Shown: in pieces, positions 1 to 10,031 of the stretch
How positions within the stretch are numbered: the first letter of the stretch is position 1
How the letters are laid out: each line of letters begins with the position of its first letter
Source of the DNA: Candidatus Ozemobacteraceae bacterium
Lineage (GTDB): Bacteria; Muiribacteriota; Ozemobacteria; Ozemobacterales; Ozemobacteraceae
DNA: 64,000 nucleotides
Direction of reading: 5' to 3'
Assembly: GCA_965140445.1 (NCBI GenBank)
Contig: OZ223236.1
Span: 384,001-448,000 of the forward strand
The notes under the pieces: generated by a model
Seen by the model: the letters and a program-made list of their open reading frames with translations, nothing else
What the model was told of the DNA's origin: nothing
Databases searched by the model: none
Position numbers and translations under genes: made by a program

Positions 1-1
1 C

Positions 2-1078
2 AAATAAAAGCTGAAACTTTTCTTGAGTGGAAATTGCCTTTAAAGCATTTTCTTTTATCCTAATCATCATTTGATTAAATTGAACTTTAAGCTTTCCAAT
101 CTCATTATTTTCAATGTTACTAAACAATTCTTCAGAAAAGTCTTCTGGATTTTCAACCTTATCTAATCTGTTTCCTATTTCATTTAGAGGAACAATAACG
201 ATCTTTTTTATAGCAATCAATATTGCATGGAGCATAATAAATAAAGTGAAGAATGAAAGCAAAGAAAGCAAAGATTTAAACCTTAAACCTCTTTCAAAGG
301 TCTGCCTGGTATTTTCCAGACTAATTCTAAAATGATTTCCAGTAAATCCGGCGAAATCGACAGATGTAGAAATAACATGCTCAGATTCTGGCGAAACACG
401 AAAATTATACCCCTTAAAAGTTATGCGATCATCTTTATGAAGGCTTGCAACGGGTTGAACACGAAATATAATCTGTGTCTGCTCATGCAGCCGTTTGAAC
501 AAATTTTTCGACAGGAATTTCCCAAACACCAAAGTACCACGTAAAGGCCCTTCACGGCGTGAAGACAATATAGGTCTTGAGGCAAAAAGCAAAGGCCCTA
601 GCTCGGTATCGATTAACCCCCGTTTACCATCTTCAATTCCATTACACAAAAATGGATTATTTTTTTTCAAAGTTTCAGGTAAAAACGCCTTCAATTGTCC
701 TTCAATTAAAGTTTCAGGTTTATAAATTTTTCCCCACACAATTTTGCCGGATGCATCAAAGAAGTAAATAAGCTCAACATGTAATGTTCCAAAGGATTCT
801 GGAGGTAAATTAGCCTCGATAAACCTATCGCCTGGGTTGACAACAAAATCATATGCCTCATCATAAAATGCCCAATCAGAACAACTTGTATCGATAGTTC
901 TTATTTCATTTTTCAAAGCAAAAACACATCGCTCTGCAGCAAGTTTTTGCTCATCACTTTCAAACTGCTCAATATAATTTAGAACAATTTTGTTATTTAA
1001 TTGAAAAATAACCGTAATAAATACAATGAAGATAGCTAAAATAACTACAGCTATTTTTGTTTGTACAGAATTTAGCAT
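2..1078 (-). CDS. CHASE4-HAMP membrane sensor protein (3' end runs off the window)
   Basis: Not in the ORF track; translated by hand from ATG at 1078 (MLNSVQTKIAVVILAIF...) with no stop before the window edge. Shows a TM helix, CHASE4-like motifs DWAFYDEAYDFV..FIEANL and ASRPIL..GPLRGTLVFGKFL, a second TM, and a HAMP-like segment (VPLNEI..NEIGKLKVQFNQM). Confidence 0.8.
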   Translation of the reverse strand, partial: MLNSVQTKIAVVILAIFIVFITVIFQLNNKIVLNYIEQFESDEQKLAAERCVFALKNEIRTIDTSCSDWAFYDEAYDFVVNPGDRFIEANLPPESFGTLHVELIYFFDASGKIVWGKIYKPETLIEGQLKAFLPETLKKNNPFLCNGIEDGKRGLIDTELGPLLFASRPILSSRREGPLRGTLVFGKFLSKNLFKRLHEQTQIIFRVQPVASLHKDDRITFKGYNFRVSPESEHVISTSVDFAGFTGNHFRISLENTRQTFERGLRFKSLLSLLSFFTLFIMLHAILIAIKKIVIVPLNEIGNRLDKVENPEDFSEELFSNIENNEIGKLKVQFNQMMIRIKENALKAISTQEKFQLLF

Positions 1079-1164
1079 TTGGAACAAAACCCTTTTCTTT
1101 GCATTTTGTAATTATAATCTTTATTCTGAAACGGTAACAAATTAATTTTTAAGAGTATATTTAA

Positions 1165-4074
1165 TTGAATCTTACAGATACAAAAAAAACTTCGCGATTC
1201 AATCTGAAGAACATTTTTCTCTTTATATCAATAGTAGTTCTTCCAATCTTTGTTATCTATTATTCTGGCGCAAATCTAATTGAAGAACAATTTAGTGCTC
1301 AAAAAGAGCTGGTCAGCAGGAAATTAGATATTCAAAGCTTCAGACTAATTAGACTTTCCACAGACAAATATCAGTTAAGAGATTTTATTGATGTTCTGCT
1401 CAAGAAAGGTTTAAACCAAAAAAGTCCAAAAGTAATTGCCAAGTTTATTAACCGGATAGACAAATTCTATCCTGGAGCATTTAAATGGCTATTCTGGGAT
1501 AGCAAAGGAAAAATGCGACGCATTCCCTCCAGGCATACTATGACCGGAAGAAAAGCCTGGGAAGCGTTTTTTGAAAGAACAAAAGCCAAAATGGGAATTG
1601 ATGGATACACAAGGCAAATGATTGATCTTGATCCGAAATTCCAGAAAAGAACGGCAAAGGCCTTACAAAAACTACAAACAGCTTTTGGACCAGCAATGAA
1701 AGTTGAGAGAATAATTAACGGCTGGCGTTTACCAGTAGAGGCCGAATGGTTTGGAGACCCTTGTCTTGTGGGTTGGGCAATGAATGTTACGGAATTTAAT
1801 AAAGACAGACTACCAGTAAAAAGTAATGGCGGATTTCTTGTGATGGCTTTCACCAAGAAATTTGAAGAATATTTTTGGCTTAAACGACTCCTTTCCAGGA
1901 AAGAGCATTACAAAAATGTTATCCAGTTTCCAATTGCCACTCTAGACATCTCTGACCACAAAGGCATCTATTTAGACAAAGAGTTTAAAAAGCCTGGAAT
2001 GGACCAGATTATTATTGATAGCTACTATAATCGTGAAAGTGAAATTTTTACTTTCAGCCATTACCTGGCAAAAGCGAGTCCAACAAAAAACAAAGATTCT
2101 GTTATTCGAATTGTTTCTATAGCAGACATTTCTCATCTCCAAAAACAGAAAAACACCTCATATCGTATCCTTATTGGCAGTCTTATCTTTATATTTTTCC
2201 TTGCGATAATTGGATTTATTTTTCTAGAAAAAATAGAGAAACTTGATATTTCATTACGCCAGAGAATTGCGGTAGCTTTTGTTATATCGATCTTAATGCC
2301 AATTGCTGGACTAATCAGCCTCGGAAATACATTTTTGAACAGAGAAGAAGCGAGATTAAGAGATAAGGCTTTTCTTGAAATGAGAGAGGGTGTAGAAGCC
2401 CTAAATATGCGTTATAAAGACACGCCAAGAAAGCTTGAAAAAACGCTTTATAACGAAACTAAAAAGGCACTTGGGGAGCCACCTTACAACGAGGCCGATG
2501 TTCTAAAAAGCCTAAAAAAGATTTGCGATCAGGATTTTGCCCGTTATTACATACTTTCAGGAGCAAGCGGAAAACCAATTTCAACAAACTGGTATTGGAT
2601 GGATAGCTCTGTAAAAAGTGCAATTAAGTTCTCAAGTAAAAGACTTGTAGAAGAAGAAAAAGACATTATGGGAAAATCTTCTTTGATAAGTGGTGCAATT
2701 GAAGAGGAATTTAGTGACTTTTCGACAATCATAGATACCGTCTTTGACTTTTCAAGACCAACTCGGCTAAAGTCCTTTGGCTTTGAGCAATTTTCATTCT
2801 ATTTCATGCTCATAGCAATAAAAATCAAAGGCGAGCCCCATGCGGTTGCCTTAAATCTCCCTGAAACAATGATCGAATATAGTTTTGCTAAAGATGAATT
2901 CACTGCAAATAAAAAAGCAAAAGCTGCTAATAGCAAATATGGCTCAACTGCTGAATTAAGTTTTTATTCTACAGGCGGTAAAGAAAGGCATTTTCCAGAA
3001 CAAAGTGAAGTTTTTGAAACACTAAAAGCTGAATTTTCCAGGGCTTACAATCTAAAATCCGAGGAAAAGGGCGAGTTTAAAATCGGAAATGAGGGGTTTC
3101 TGTACCTTATAGCTCCTCTAAGATCGATGAAGTCACAAAGCTATATTCCATGTTACCTTACTTCTTTAAACGCTATCTCTAAAAGGCTTAGCGAATTGAA
3201 AATTATGATTTTTTCAATGATTTCATTTGCAGCAATTGCAGCAATTATCATGAGCTTAATCCTTGCTGGCAGCCTTCTTGGACCCATTGCAAAAATAGAC
3301 AACGCGGCTCAGCAAGTTGGAAGTGGAAACCTGTCAGTTTTTCTTCCTGACGTGGGCAACGATGAGCTGGGTCGCTTGAGTAGATCATTTAACGATATGG
3401 TCCGCGGTTTAAGAGAAAGAGAAAGAATGCAGGCATACGTATCTGACTCGGTATTAGAAGCGGTTCAGGATCAAGCTGATCAAGGCTTTCGCGAAGGTAA
3501 AACTATCGAAGCTACAATTCTTTTTTCTGACATAAGAAATTTTACCGGCCTTTCGGAAAAATACAGGCCAGATAAAATTTTTGGCCTTTTAAATGAGTTT
3601 CTTGGCGGGGTTGAGCCAATTATAAGAGAGAACCACGGTAGAGTTGATAAGTTCATTGGAGATGCTGTAATGGCTGTTTTTCATGAAGAAAACAATGGAG
3701 AACACCACGCCCTAAGTGCTACAAAAGCTGCAGTAGGAATGAAAAAATTTGTAAAAAACCTCAATTACCAACGGGAGAAAAAGGGGCAATTTACTATAAA
3801 TATTGGAATCGGAATTAGCACCGGAAAAGTTATGTTGGGTGATGTCGGAAGTACCCGTAGAAAAGACCTTACCGTAATTGGTGACGAAGTAAATCTGGCT
3901 TCCCGCTTAGAATCTGCTTCAAAACAGGGAAAACACTCTAAAATCATTGTTTCAGGTTCAACATATGAGAATATTAAAGACTTTGTGGAAGTTGAAATGA
4001 TGCCATTCAACGAAATTAGAGGGAAAAAGCAGACTGTAAATATCTATGAACTTGTAAAAATGAAAAAGGTTTAA
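1165..4074 (+). CDS. Membrane-bound class III adenylate cyclase with two extracytoplasmic regions and HAMP
   Basis: HAMP (DELGRLSRSFNDM) followed by cyclase motifs FSDIRNFT, DKFIGDAVMAVF and TVIGDEVNLASRLES; four hydrophobic segments. Confidence 0.9.
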   Translation: MNLTDTKKTSRFNLKNIFLFISIVVLPIFVIYYSGANLIEEQFSAQKELVSRKLDIQSFRLIRLSTDKYQLRDFIDVLLKKGLNQKSPKVIAKFINRIDKFYPGAFKWLFWDSKGKMRRIPSRHTMTGRKAWEAFFERTKAKMGIDGYTRQMIDLDPKFQKRTAKALQKLQTAFGPAMKVERIINGWRLPVEAEWFGDPCLVGWAMNVTEFNKDRLPVKSNGGFLVMAFTKKFEEYFWLKRLLSRKEHYKNVIQFPIATLDISDHKGIYLDKEFKKPGMDQIIIDSYYNRESEIFTFSHYLAKASPTKNKDSVIRIVSIADISHLQKQKNTSYRILIGSLIFIFFLAIIGFIFLEKIEKLDISLRQRIAVAFVISILMPIAGLISLGNTFLNREEARLRDKAFLEMREGVEALNMRYKDTPRKLEKTLYNETKKALGEPPYNEADVLKSLKKICDQDFARYYILSGASGKPISTNWYWMDSSVKSAIKFSSKRLVEEEKDIMGKSSLISGAIEEEFSDFSTIIDTVFDFSRPTRLKSFGFEQFSFYFMLIAIKIKGEPHAVALNLPETMIEYSFAKDEFTANKKAKAANSKYGSTAELSFYSTGGKERHFPEQSEVFETLKAEFSRAYNLKSEEKGEFKIGNEGFLYLIAPLRSMKSQSYIPCYLTSLNAISKRLSELKIMIFSMISFAAIAAIIMSLILAGSLLGPIAKIDNAAQQVGSGNLSVFLPDVGNDELGRLSRSFNDMVRGLRERERMQAYVSDSVLEAVQDQADQGFREGKTIEATILFSDIRNFTGLSEKYRPDKIFGLLNEFLGGVEPIIRENHGRVDKFIGDAVMAVFHEENNGEHHALSATKAAVGMKKFVKNLNYQREKKGQFTINIGIGISTGKVMLGDVGSTRRKDLTVIGDEVNLASRLESASKQGKHSKIIVSGSTYENIKDFVEVEMMPFNEIRGKKQTVNIYELVKMKKV

Positions 4075-4077
4075 ATT

Positions 4078-6849
4078 TTAATCCTCTTTTACCCAAACAA
4101 ATCCAGATGGAAGATTTTCTCCAGTAAACTCGGCCAAATCCTTTTCCTGAAGCTTTCCAGCTTTTTCAAGCGGCTGTATAAAAGCTTTTTTACGCATTTT
4201 CTTTTTAAATAAATCAACGATTTTTTTTCTTAAAACATCATCAATTTGAATAAGCCTATCACCAGTTTTTCTTCCAATTTCCCGCAGCGCCCAGTCCAGA
4301 TAACTATTACCAGGAAGTGCCCGTTTAAACAAAAATTCAGCCCACTCATTGGCAGTTGGTTGTGAAACCAGACAAGTGTCCGGCGCATAAGCCAGATCTC
4401 TTGCCCCAAGTCTTCCTACTGCATTTAAAGCAAGAGCATCTTTACCAAAACTTTGCTGAGAGCGCAAAGCCCACCAACCAAGCCGCTCTTTTTCAGCAAC
4501 CGGCAACCTCTCAAGATGCCCAATCAATCTCCATATCTGATTTCTTTCGTGCTGACCAACCTTTCTAACCCCTTTGACCTGTTTTTTAGGCGGAAATAGA
4601 ATAGGTTCAACCTTGCTCTTAACTTCTTCCTGTCTCTCAATTGAGAGCCCTGGAGCAATCCTTTTAAACATAACCCAACGGTCAGACCAAAATTCAGGAT
4701 TGGAATATTCAAACTCGTCGTCGAGCATACTCCATATTTTGTCTACTCTCTCCACGTCACCAGCAACACCAAAACCGGGTCTTAAGCAAAAACCCAATAT
4801 GCGATACCAGTTAGACAAAGATGATTCAGATGATCTAAAGCGATCCTCTTCTTTAATGAAAACATCAAAAAGCTCTCTGAGCATTTCTGCTTCCCAGGTG
4901 TTTCTAGGTGAGCCAATTATTTCTTCTATGCCTTTAAAAAGAGTGTTAAAGGGAATCTTTTCCTCGAAAGCTTCATCAAGCAATTTGCCGATTTTCTTCA
5001 GGTGAGTTTTGGTGAAAGGAGTTCTTTTCTTATCACCAGAATCTACTGAGGCTGTGGACTTATCAATACTCTCATTGTTTCCCAGATCAAATCTTAGTTC
5101 CTGAGAAAAATTCCCATCAATTTCATCACAAAGCAGTTGCAGATATCCTGTTTCACGAAGTTTCACCCGTAAAACTACCTGTTTCTCGCCTTTTCCAGTG
5201 CGGGCTTTCACTCTGACAGGTGGCAATGCCAGGTATCGCTTGGAATTAAAACGAATTGTTCTTCCAAGGTTTTCCGCCTTTGGTGGATTTGGAGTATAAA
5301 ACAGATAAAAAGCCGAATCGCGACTTAAATCAATACCAAAAGTCTTTCCTTCGACTTCAAATTCTTTCTCGGTTTCCGAGTCTTTTGGCAATAAGCAAAG
5401 AAGTGTTTCAGGAGTATATCTATCCGATTTAGAAGAATTGCTATTACCAATTCCCAAATAAATTGAAACGGGGTTCCCGCTTTGAATCCTTTTGCCAAGT
5501 CCCATCGATACCATTCCAAAATATGCTGCACCAGCTGCAACAGCAAGAGTTGGATGGGGATTAGAAAGAACCTTTGGCTCCCGGCCTTTCCAAAGACTCA
5601 GAACTTCAAATAATCGCTCCTTTAGACAATCAGCCTGCAAAGTTCCGCCATTAAAAAGAACTGCGTCAGGATTAATATTATTATCCTTCAAAAAAGCGGC
5701 AAGATGCTTTGTCACCGCAGCATCTCTGGTAAAAGGCAATCCAGCTTCGGAGAGACCTAAAGAGCCGTCTTCATCTGGTTTATCATCTGATTCAACTACA
5801 GGAAAAAAGCCATCTATCATAAGATTTCGCAGATCTGCGCGCTCTAATCCAATTTTTGAAGCTCCGGCAAGAACCTTACTTCCCGCTCCTGAAACAGAAA
5901 AATGGACTTTGCCGTCCTCTGAATCAGCAAGAATTGATTCTTTTGCCAAATGGGATTGATTTAAAATAGATAGCCACTGCTTGGCTACTAATTTCTTTCC
6001 CTTATGCTTAAATGCAGCGTCTACCTGACGAGCTATGGCAAGGTCAAGGTTGTCTCCACCAATAAGCAAATGCGGCCCAACAGCGACCCTTGAAAACTCA
6101 GGGTGATCACTGCCATTTTTCCAATCAATTCCAATTAAGCTAAAATCTGTAGTTCCGCCACCAATATCAATAACCAGAACAGTATCTACACCCTGCAGAT
6201 CATGAACCATTCGCTTTGGATTGCGGTGCAGATAATCATAAAAAGCTGCCTGAGGTTCTTCCAATAAAACAACCGAGGGAATATCGGATTTTTCTATTGC
6301 TTCAAGAGTCAGATTTCTAGCTGCAGGATCAAATGATGCTGGTATAGTAACCACAACTTTCTGTCGCTTAAAAGCAAAGGTTTCATCCTTTGCAAGCATA
6401 ACAGAGTCCCATGCCTGAACCAAAAAGTTCAAAAACTCTGTAGCTGCAGCTACAGGAGAAACCTTCTGGTCAACCACCTCGCTTTGCCAGGGCAAAATGG
6501 GGGCAGTTCGTTCGATTCTTGGGTGGCACAACCAGGATTTACTACTATGAACATACCTGGAAGGAATCTTAAACCCTAATTCAATGGCATATCGCCCAGT
6601 GATTGCAGATCTGCTTGTTATCCATTCAGGAAAAGAAACTTCCAAACTTTCTTCCGGCAAATAAAGCACAGACGGCAAAGTTGGTAAATCCTCTATCTGA
6701 CCGTCTGCAACCATTTGAGGAATATTAAAATTTCTAACTTTCAGATTCTTATCTTCTAGATCAACATAAGAAAGTGCGCACTGGGTAGTGCCGAGATCTA
6801 TTCCAATAATGAAACGAGAGTCTTTATCTGCTTTCTGGGCTTTAGCCAT
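4078..6849 (-). CDS. Atypical Hsp70-family protein with C-terminal DUF3731-like helical extension
   Basis: GIDLGTT, TIPASFD, LLEEPQAAF, DIGGGTTDFS, GGDNLD and LFNGG motifs; about 300-aa C-terminal tail containing GFCLRPGFG. Confidence 0.85.
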   Translation of the reverse strand: MAKAQKADKDSRFIIGIDLGTTQCALSYVDLEDKNLKVRNFNIPQMVADGQIEDLPTLPSVLYLPEESLEVSFPEWITSRSAITGRYAIELGFKIPSRYVHSSKSWLCHPRIERTAPILPWQSEVVDQKVSPVAAATEFLNFLVQAWDSVMLAKDETFAFKRQKVVVTIPASFDPAARNLTLEAIEKSDIPSVVLLEEPQAAFYDYLHRNPKRMVHDLQGVDTVLVIDIGGGTTDFSLIGIDWKNGSDHPEFSRVAVGPHLLIGGDNLDLAIARQVDAAFKHKGKKLVAKQWLSILNQSHLAKESILADSEDGKVHFSVSGAGSKVLAGASKIGLERADLRNLMIDGFFPVVESDDKPDEDGSLGLSEAGLPFTRDAAVTKHLAAFLKDNNINPDAVLFNGGTLQADCLKERLFEVLSLWKGREPKVLSNPHPTLAVAAGAAYFGMVSMGLGKRIQSGNPVSIYLGIGNSNSSKSDRYTPETLLCLLPKDSETEKEFEVEGKTFGIDLSRDSAFYLFYTPNPPKAENLGRTIRFNSKRYLALPPVRVKARTGKGEKQVVLRVKLRETGYLQLLCDEIDGNFSQELRFDLGNNESIDKSTASVDSGDKKRTPFTKTHLKKIGKLLDEAFEEKIPFNTLFKGIEEIIGSPRNTWEAEMLRELFDVFIKEEDRFRSSESSLSNWYRILGFCLRPGFGVAGDVERVDKIWSMLDDEFEYSNPEFWSDRWVMFKRIAPGLSIERQEEVKSKVEPILFPPKKQVKGVRKVGQHERNQIWRLIGHLERLPVAEKERLGWWALRSQQSFGKDALALNAVGRLGARDLAYAPDTCLVSQPTANEWAEFLFKRALPGNSYLDWALREIGRKTGDRLIQIDDVLRKKIVDLFKKKMRKKAFIQPLEKAGKLQEKDLAEFTGENLPSGFVWVKED

Positions 6850-8645
6850 TACTTAATTGCATCCCGAACGTTGAATTCAAGTTTCCACTTATTATCGCCT
6901 GACTTTTCAAGACAGAAAATCTCAAGAGTACCGATTTCTGTAATTGAAACCTGCAGATTAACATCAACCAGATCTCCCGGTTTCATGCCTTCGTATGCAG
7001 GCAATTCGATAGCAAGTGAGCTGGTCTCTTCAAAATCTTCTCCGAGGTCTTCAATAAGTTCGCCAAATTCATCTTCCCGTCTGCAGTTTGATTTAAAGAA
7101 TTTAAACTCAACGCCTTTACCAATTACCAGAGAGAATGATCGATCTTCAATGTCACTCAAGTTACCTTCTTCGGTGCCTTGCTTTGCAACACAAAGAGCT
7201 TTAAGCGGAGGTTTAAATCCAGGAACAGCAGGTAGAGATGATTCGATACCGAGATAATAAGACTGTGAAACGCCGCCACGAATCCTGATGCCTTTTCCTT
7301 CTCTGGCAATTCCAAAGTAAGAGGCACCCCTTGCTACGGCATGCGAAAGCTCTATTCCCTTAAGAACTTTAATTTCTTCTTTTCCAGCTTCTTTTAACCA
7401 GGAGTTAATAACTCTAACCAATCTTTCACGAAAGATTTCAGCTTTGAATACTCCACCGTTAAAGAGGATGGCTTTTGGATAACTGTATTCTTTGTCTTCA
7501 GAATCCTGGCTCTTCAAAAATCTAGCAAGATGTTTAGTAATTCCCGGGTCTGCGGCATATGACAGATTTGATTCTTTAAGACCTGAACCGGCAAAATCAC
7601 TGGGCTCATCATCCATTGAACATTCTGGAAAAAAGCCATCGACCAGGATAGTTTCAATATCTGCTCTTTCAATATCTGTTTTAAGCGAGCCACCAATTAC
7701 GCTGCTCCCACGACCAGAAATTACTACTGGAGCGGATTCTTTTTCTTCGTCATTCAGGAGAAGCTCTTTTGCCTTTCGGCATTGATGGCTTAACTGGATG
7801 GTCTGCCACTGAGAAACCTTTTTCTTGGCGGCTTCAAGCTTGGCTCTGGCCTGATAGGCAAGAGTCAGATCCATATTGTCGCCACCCAACAAAATATGGT
7901 TACCAACAGCTACTCGATCCAAGCTTAGATCGCCATCTTCCTCATCAATTTCTATTAAACTGAAATCCGTTGTTCCGCCACCAACATCGACAACGAGGAC
8001 AACATCTCCCTTTTTAACTTGTTTCCGCCATGGATTTTCACTCTGCGAAATCCAGGAATAAAAAGCAGATTGTGGTTCTTCAAGTAAAGTGACTTCTGGT
8101 AAACCGGCTTTCTTAGCAGCTTCCACAGTCAAATCTCTTGCGGCAGCATCGAAAGAGGCTGGAATAGTTATTATTACCTTTTGATCTTCAAGCTTATCTT
8201 TTGAATTCTTCTCATTCCAGGCAGATCTTACGTGGGAGAGAAACATTCCCATTGCCTGAAGCGGAGAAATCTTTGTGTTTCCTTCCGGGGCATTCCATGG
8301 CAAAATTTCACTTGTTCTATCAACTCTTGTGTTACAAAGCCATGACTTTGCTGAAGAAATAAGCCTGTCTGGAACATCAGAACCGCGTTCACGAGCATAT
8401 TCACCAATTATAAACTTAGAATCTTCATCATCCCATGGAAGTACTGGCTTTTCCTTAATTCTCTCAAAAATGAAAGAAGGAAGCGCCTCATGCTCTTCTA
8501 ACGAACCTTTTGCCAGTTCCTGTACTATTGAAAAAGTCGAAATATCAATTGCTTCTTCTGACTCAGCAGCGGCAATTGGAGCATGGGTTACAACAACATT
8601 TGTGGTTCCTAAATCAATTCCAACGATATATTTTGGCTTTCCCAT
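6849..8645 (-). CDS. Atypical Hsp70-family (DnaK-related) protein
   Basis: GIDLGTTN, TIPASFD, LLEEPQSAF, DVGGGTTDFS and GGDNMD motifs; lacks the canonical DnaK helical lid; stop overlaps the start of the next gene. Confidence 0.88.
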   Translation of the reverse strand: MGKPKYIVGIDLGTTNVVVTHAPIAAAESEEAIDISTFSIVQELAKGSLEEHEALPSFIFERIKEKPVLPWDDEDSKFIIGEYARERGSDVPDRLISSAKSWLCNTRVDRTSEILPWNAPEGNTKISPLQAMGMFLSHVRSAWNEKNSKDKLEDQKVIITIPASFDAAARDLTVEAAKKAGLPEVTLLEEPQSAFYSWISQSENPWRKQVKKGDVVLVVDVGGGTTDFSLIEIDEEDGDLSLDRVAVGNHILLGGDNMDLTLAYQARAKLEAAKKKVSQWQTIQLSHQCRKAKELLLNDEEKESAPVVISGRGSSVIGGSLKTDIERADIETILVDGFFPECSMDDEPSDFAGSGLKESNLSYAADPGITKHLARFLKSQDSEDKEYSYPKAILFNGGVFKAEIFRERLVRVINSWLKEAGKEEIKVLKGIELSHAVARGASYFGIAREGKGIRIRGGVSQSYYLGIESSLPAVPGFKPPLKALCVAKQGTEEGNLSDIEDRSFSLVIGKGVEFKFFKSNCRREDEFGELIEDLGEDFEETSSLAIELPAYEGMKPGDLVDVNLQVSITEIGTLEIFCLEKSGDNKWKLEFNVRDAIK

Positions 8646-8658
8646 GTTCTTAAACTCC

Positions 8659-9840
8659 TCAGGCTATTTCAATTTCAGCTGGTGCAACAACATTTCCAGC
8701 CCATCCATCAACCAATTCCGGCAAATGGCATTCTTTCAATCTCCAACCACGATGCACCAGCTCTCCTGTGTATGGCCCCTTTGCAGGAACGTTTCCAGAA
8801 AGTTTTATTGCTTCAGGATCATGCTCTTCAATTGTAATTTCAGAACCTTCTTCTTCAGATAGAACAGGCTCAATAATAAGTCTTTCATCAAGCAACTTTC
8901 GACAACCCTCATGAATTGGTCTAATTGCTCCTCCAAGAGTCTCGTCATCAAAATCTTCAATATTTTCCATCAAAAGATCAATCAAACGCCCTTCTTTTTG
9001 TAACAAATAAAGAATCTGATATGCTGCCGGCGGAATGCCATGCTTGCCGCTTTTCGCATCCGCTTTGGCATCCTGCAAAGATTTTGTCAGCTCCTCGACT
9101 TCATTCTGTAACTTTTCAATTTCTTCCAGCTTCTTGTTGACATCACCAGAAACCTTTTTGGCATCAGATTTTGCCTTTTCAGCCTCTTTACGGGTGGCCT
9201 TCAATTCTGATTCTGATTTCTCAATTTTAGCAATCATAGCTTCTAAATCCGACCTGCACTTGCCAGCCTCATTGCTAAGCTCTTCTTTTTCTTTTTCAGC
9301 TTTTTCAAGGCCAGATTTCAACTCATCTGTTTCGGCTTTAAGCTTGGCAATGCTTGATTCAAGATCTTTTAGATCAGCGCTATCGCCGTCTGACTTTTCG
9401 TTTAATTTGGCTTCCAGAGAGTCGCATTTCTTTTCAGAGTCTTTTAACTGCTCTTCAAGGGAAGTAATCTCGTCACTTTTTTCTTTTAAGAGGGTCTCTA
9501 GCCTTGCCAGCTCTTCGGAGTTATCCGGCTTGTCTTCAGGTGTTTTCTGTAATTCTGAATCCTTCTCTACGCTTTTCGCAGCAGAATCTTTTAAGTCATC
9601 TTTTTCCTTGTCAGGGGCAGGCTCCAGAAGAACCATAAGTGACAATAAATATCCAGACAACCAGAATACGGTTGCACCAATTATTCCAGGAATTCTGAAT
9701 TCTTCTTTTATCAGACCTTTAACTGCATCTTCAAGGGCAGCAAAATCCTGCGGGACTGGATAAAAACGCACAAGATATAACGTTCCAAACAACACTAAAA
9801 GCGAGCCTAATAAGGATAAAAAAGCTGTGGCTTTCTTCAT
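8659..9840 (-). CDS. DUF2760-domain protein with N-terminal TM helices and long coiled coil
   Basis: C-terminal LLQKEGRLIDLL..IHEGCR..GELVHRGW..VAPAEIEI; two hydrophobic helices; E/K-rich heptad region. Confidence 0.8.
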   Translation of the reverse strand: MKKATAFLSLLGSLLVLFGTLYLVRFYPVPQDFAALEDAVKGLIKEEFRIPGIIGATVFWLSGYLLSLMVLLEPAPDKEKDDLKDSAAKSVEKDSELQKTPEDKPDNSEELARLETLLKEKSDEITSLEEQLKDSEKKCDSLEAKLNEKSDGDSADLKDLESSIAKLKAETDELKSGLEKAEKEKEELSNEAGKCRSDLEAMIAKIEKSESELKATRKEAEKAKSDAKKVSGDVNKKLEEIEKLQNEVEELTKSLQDAKADAKSGKHGIPPAAYQILYLLQKEGRLIDLLMENIEDFDDETLGGAIRPIHEGCRKLLDERLIIEPVLSEEEGSEITIEEHDPEAIKLSGNVPAKGPYTGELVHRGWRLKECHLPELVDGWAGNVVAPAEIEIA

Positions 9841-10031
9841 TCAAGAACCTCACAGAAAAATTTTCAATATTTCGGGTATCATGCCCAAAGGAATTATACC
9901 TGATTTAAACTCTATTGGAAATCATTTGACAACACTTAAAGCTAAAAAACATTGAACAGCTCTGTTTGACATAACCTGCAACCGTCTTTTTGCAGCTTAT
10001 AAAGCGCTGGACAAAGATGATTTGTTTTTTC

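Noticed and set aside
114..771. Four short plus-strand ORFs in the track
   Set aside because: They are shadows of the minus-strand CHASE4-HAMP gene.
4078..8645. Calling either Hsp70 dnaK or hscA
   Set aside because: The C-termini are divergent and there is no dnaJ/grpE or isc context, so they belong to a specialised subfamily.
9035..9763. 242-aa Ser/Phe-rich plus-strand ORF, and similar antisense ORFs over the Hsp70, MCP, adhesin and pilin genes
   Set aside because: These are antisense frames of real genes; their composition mirrors the codon bias of the opposite strand and they carry no motifs.
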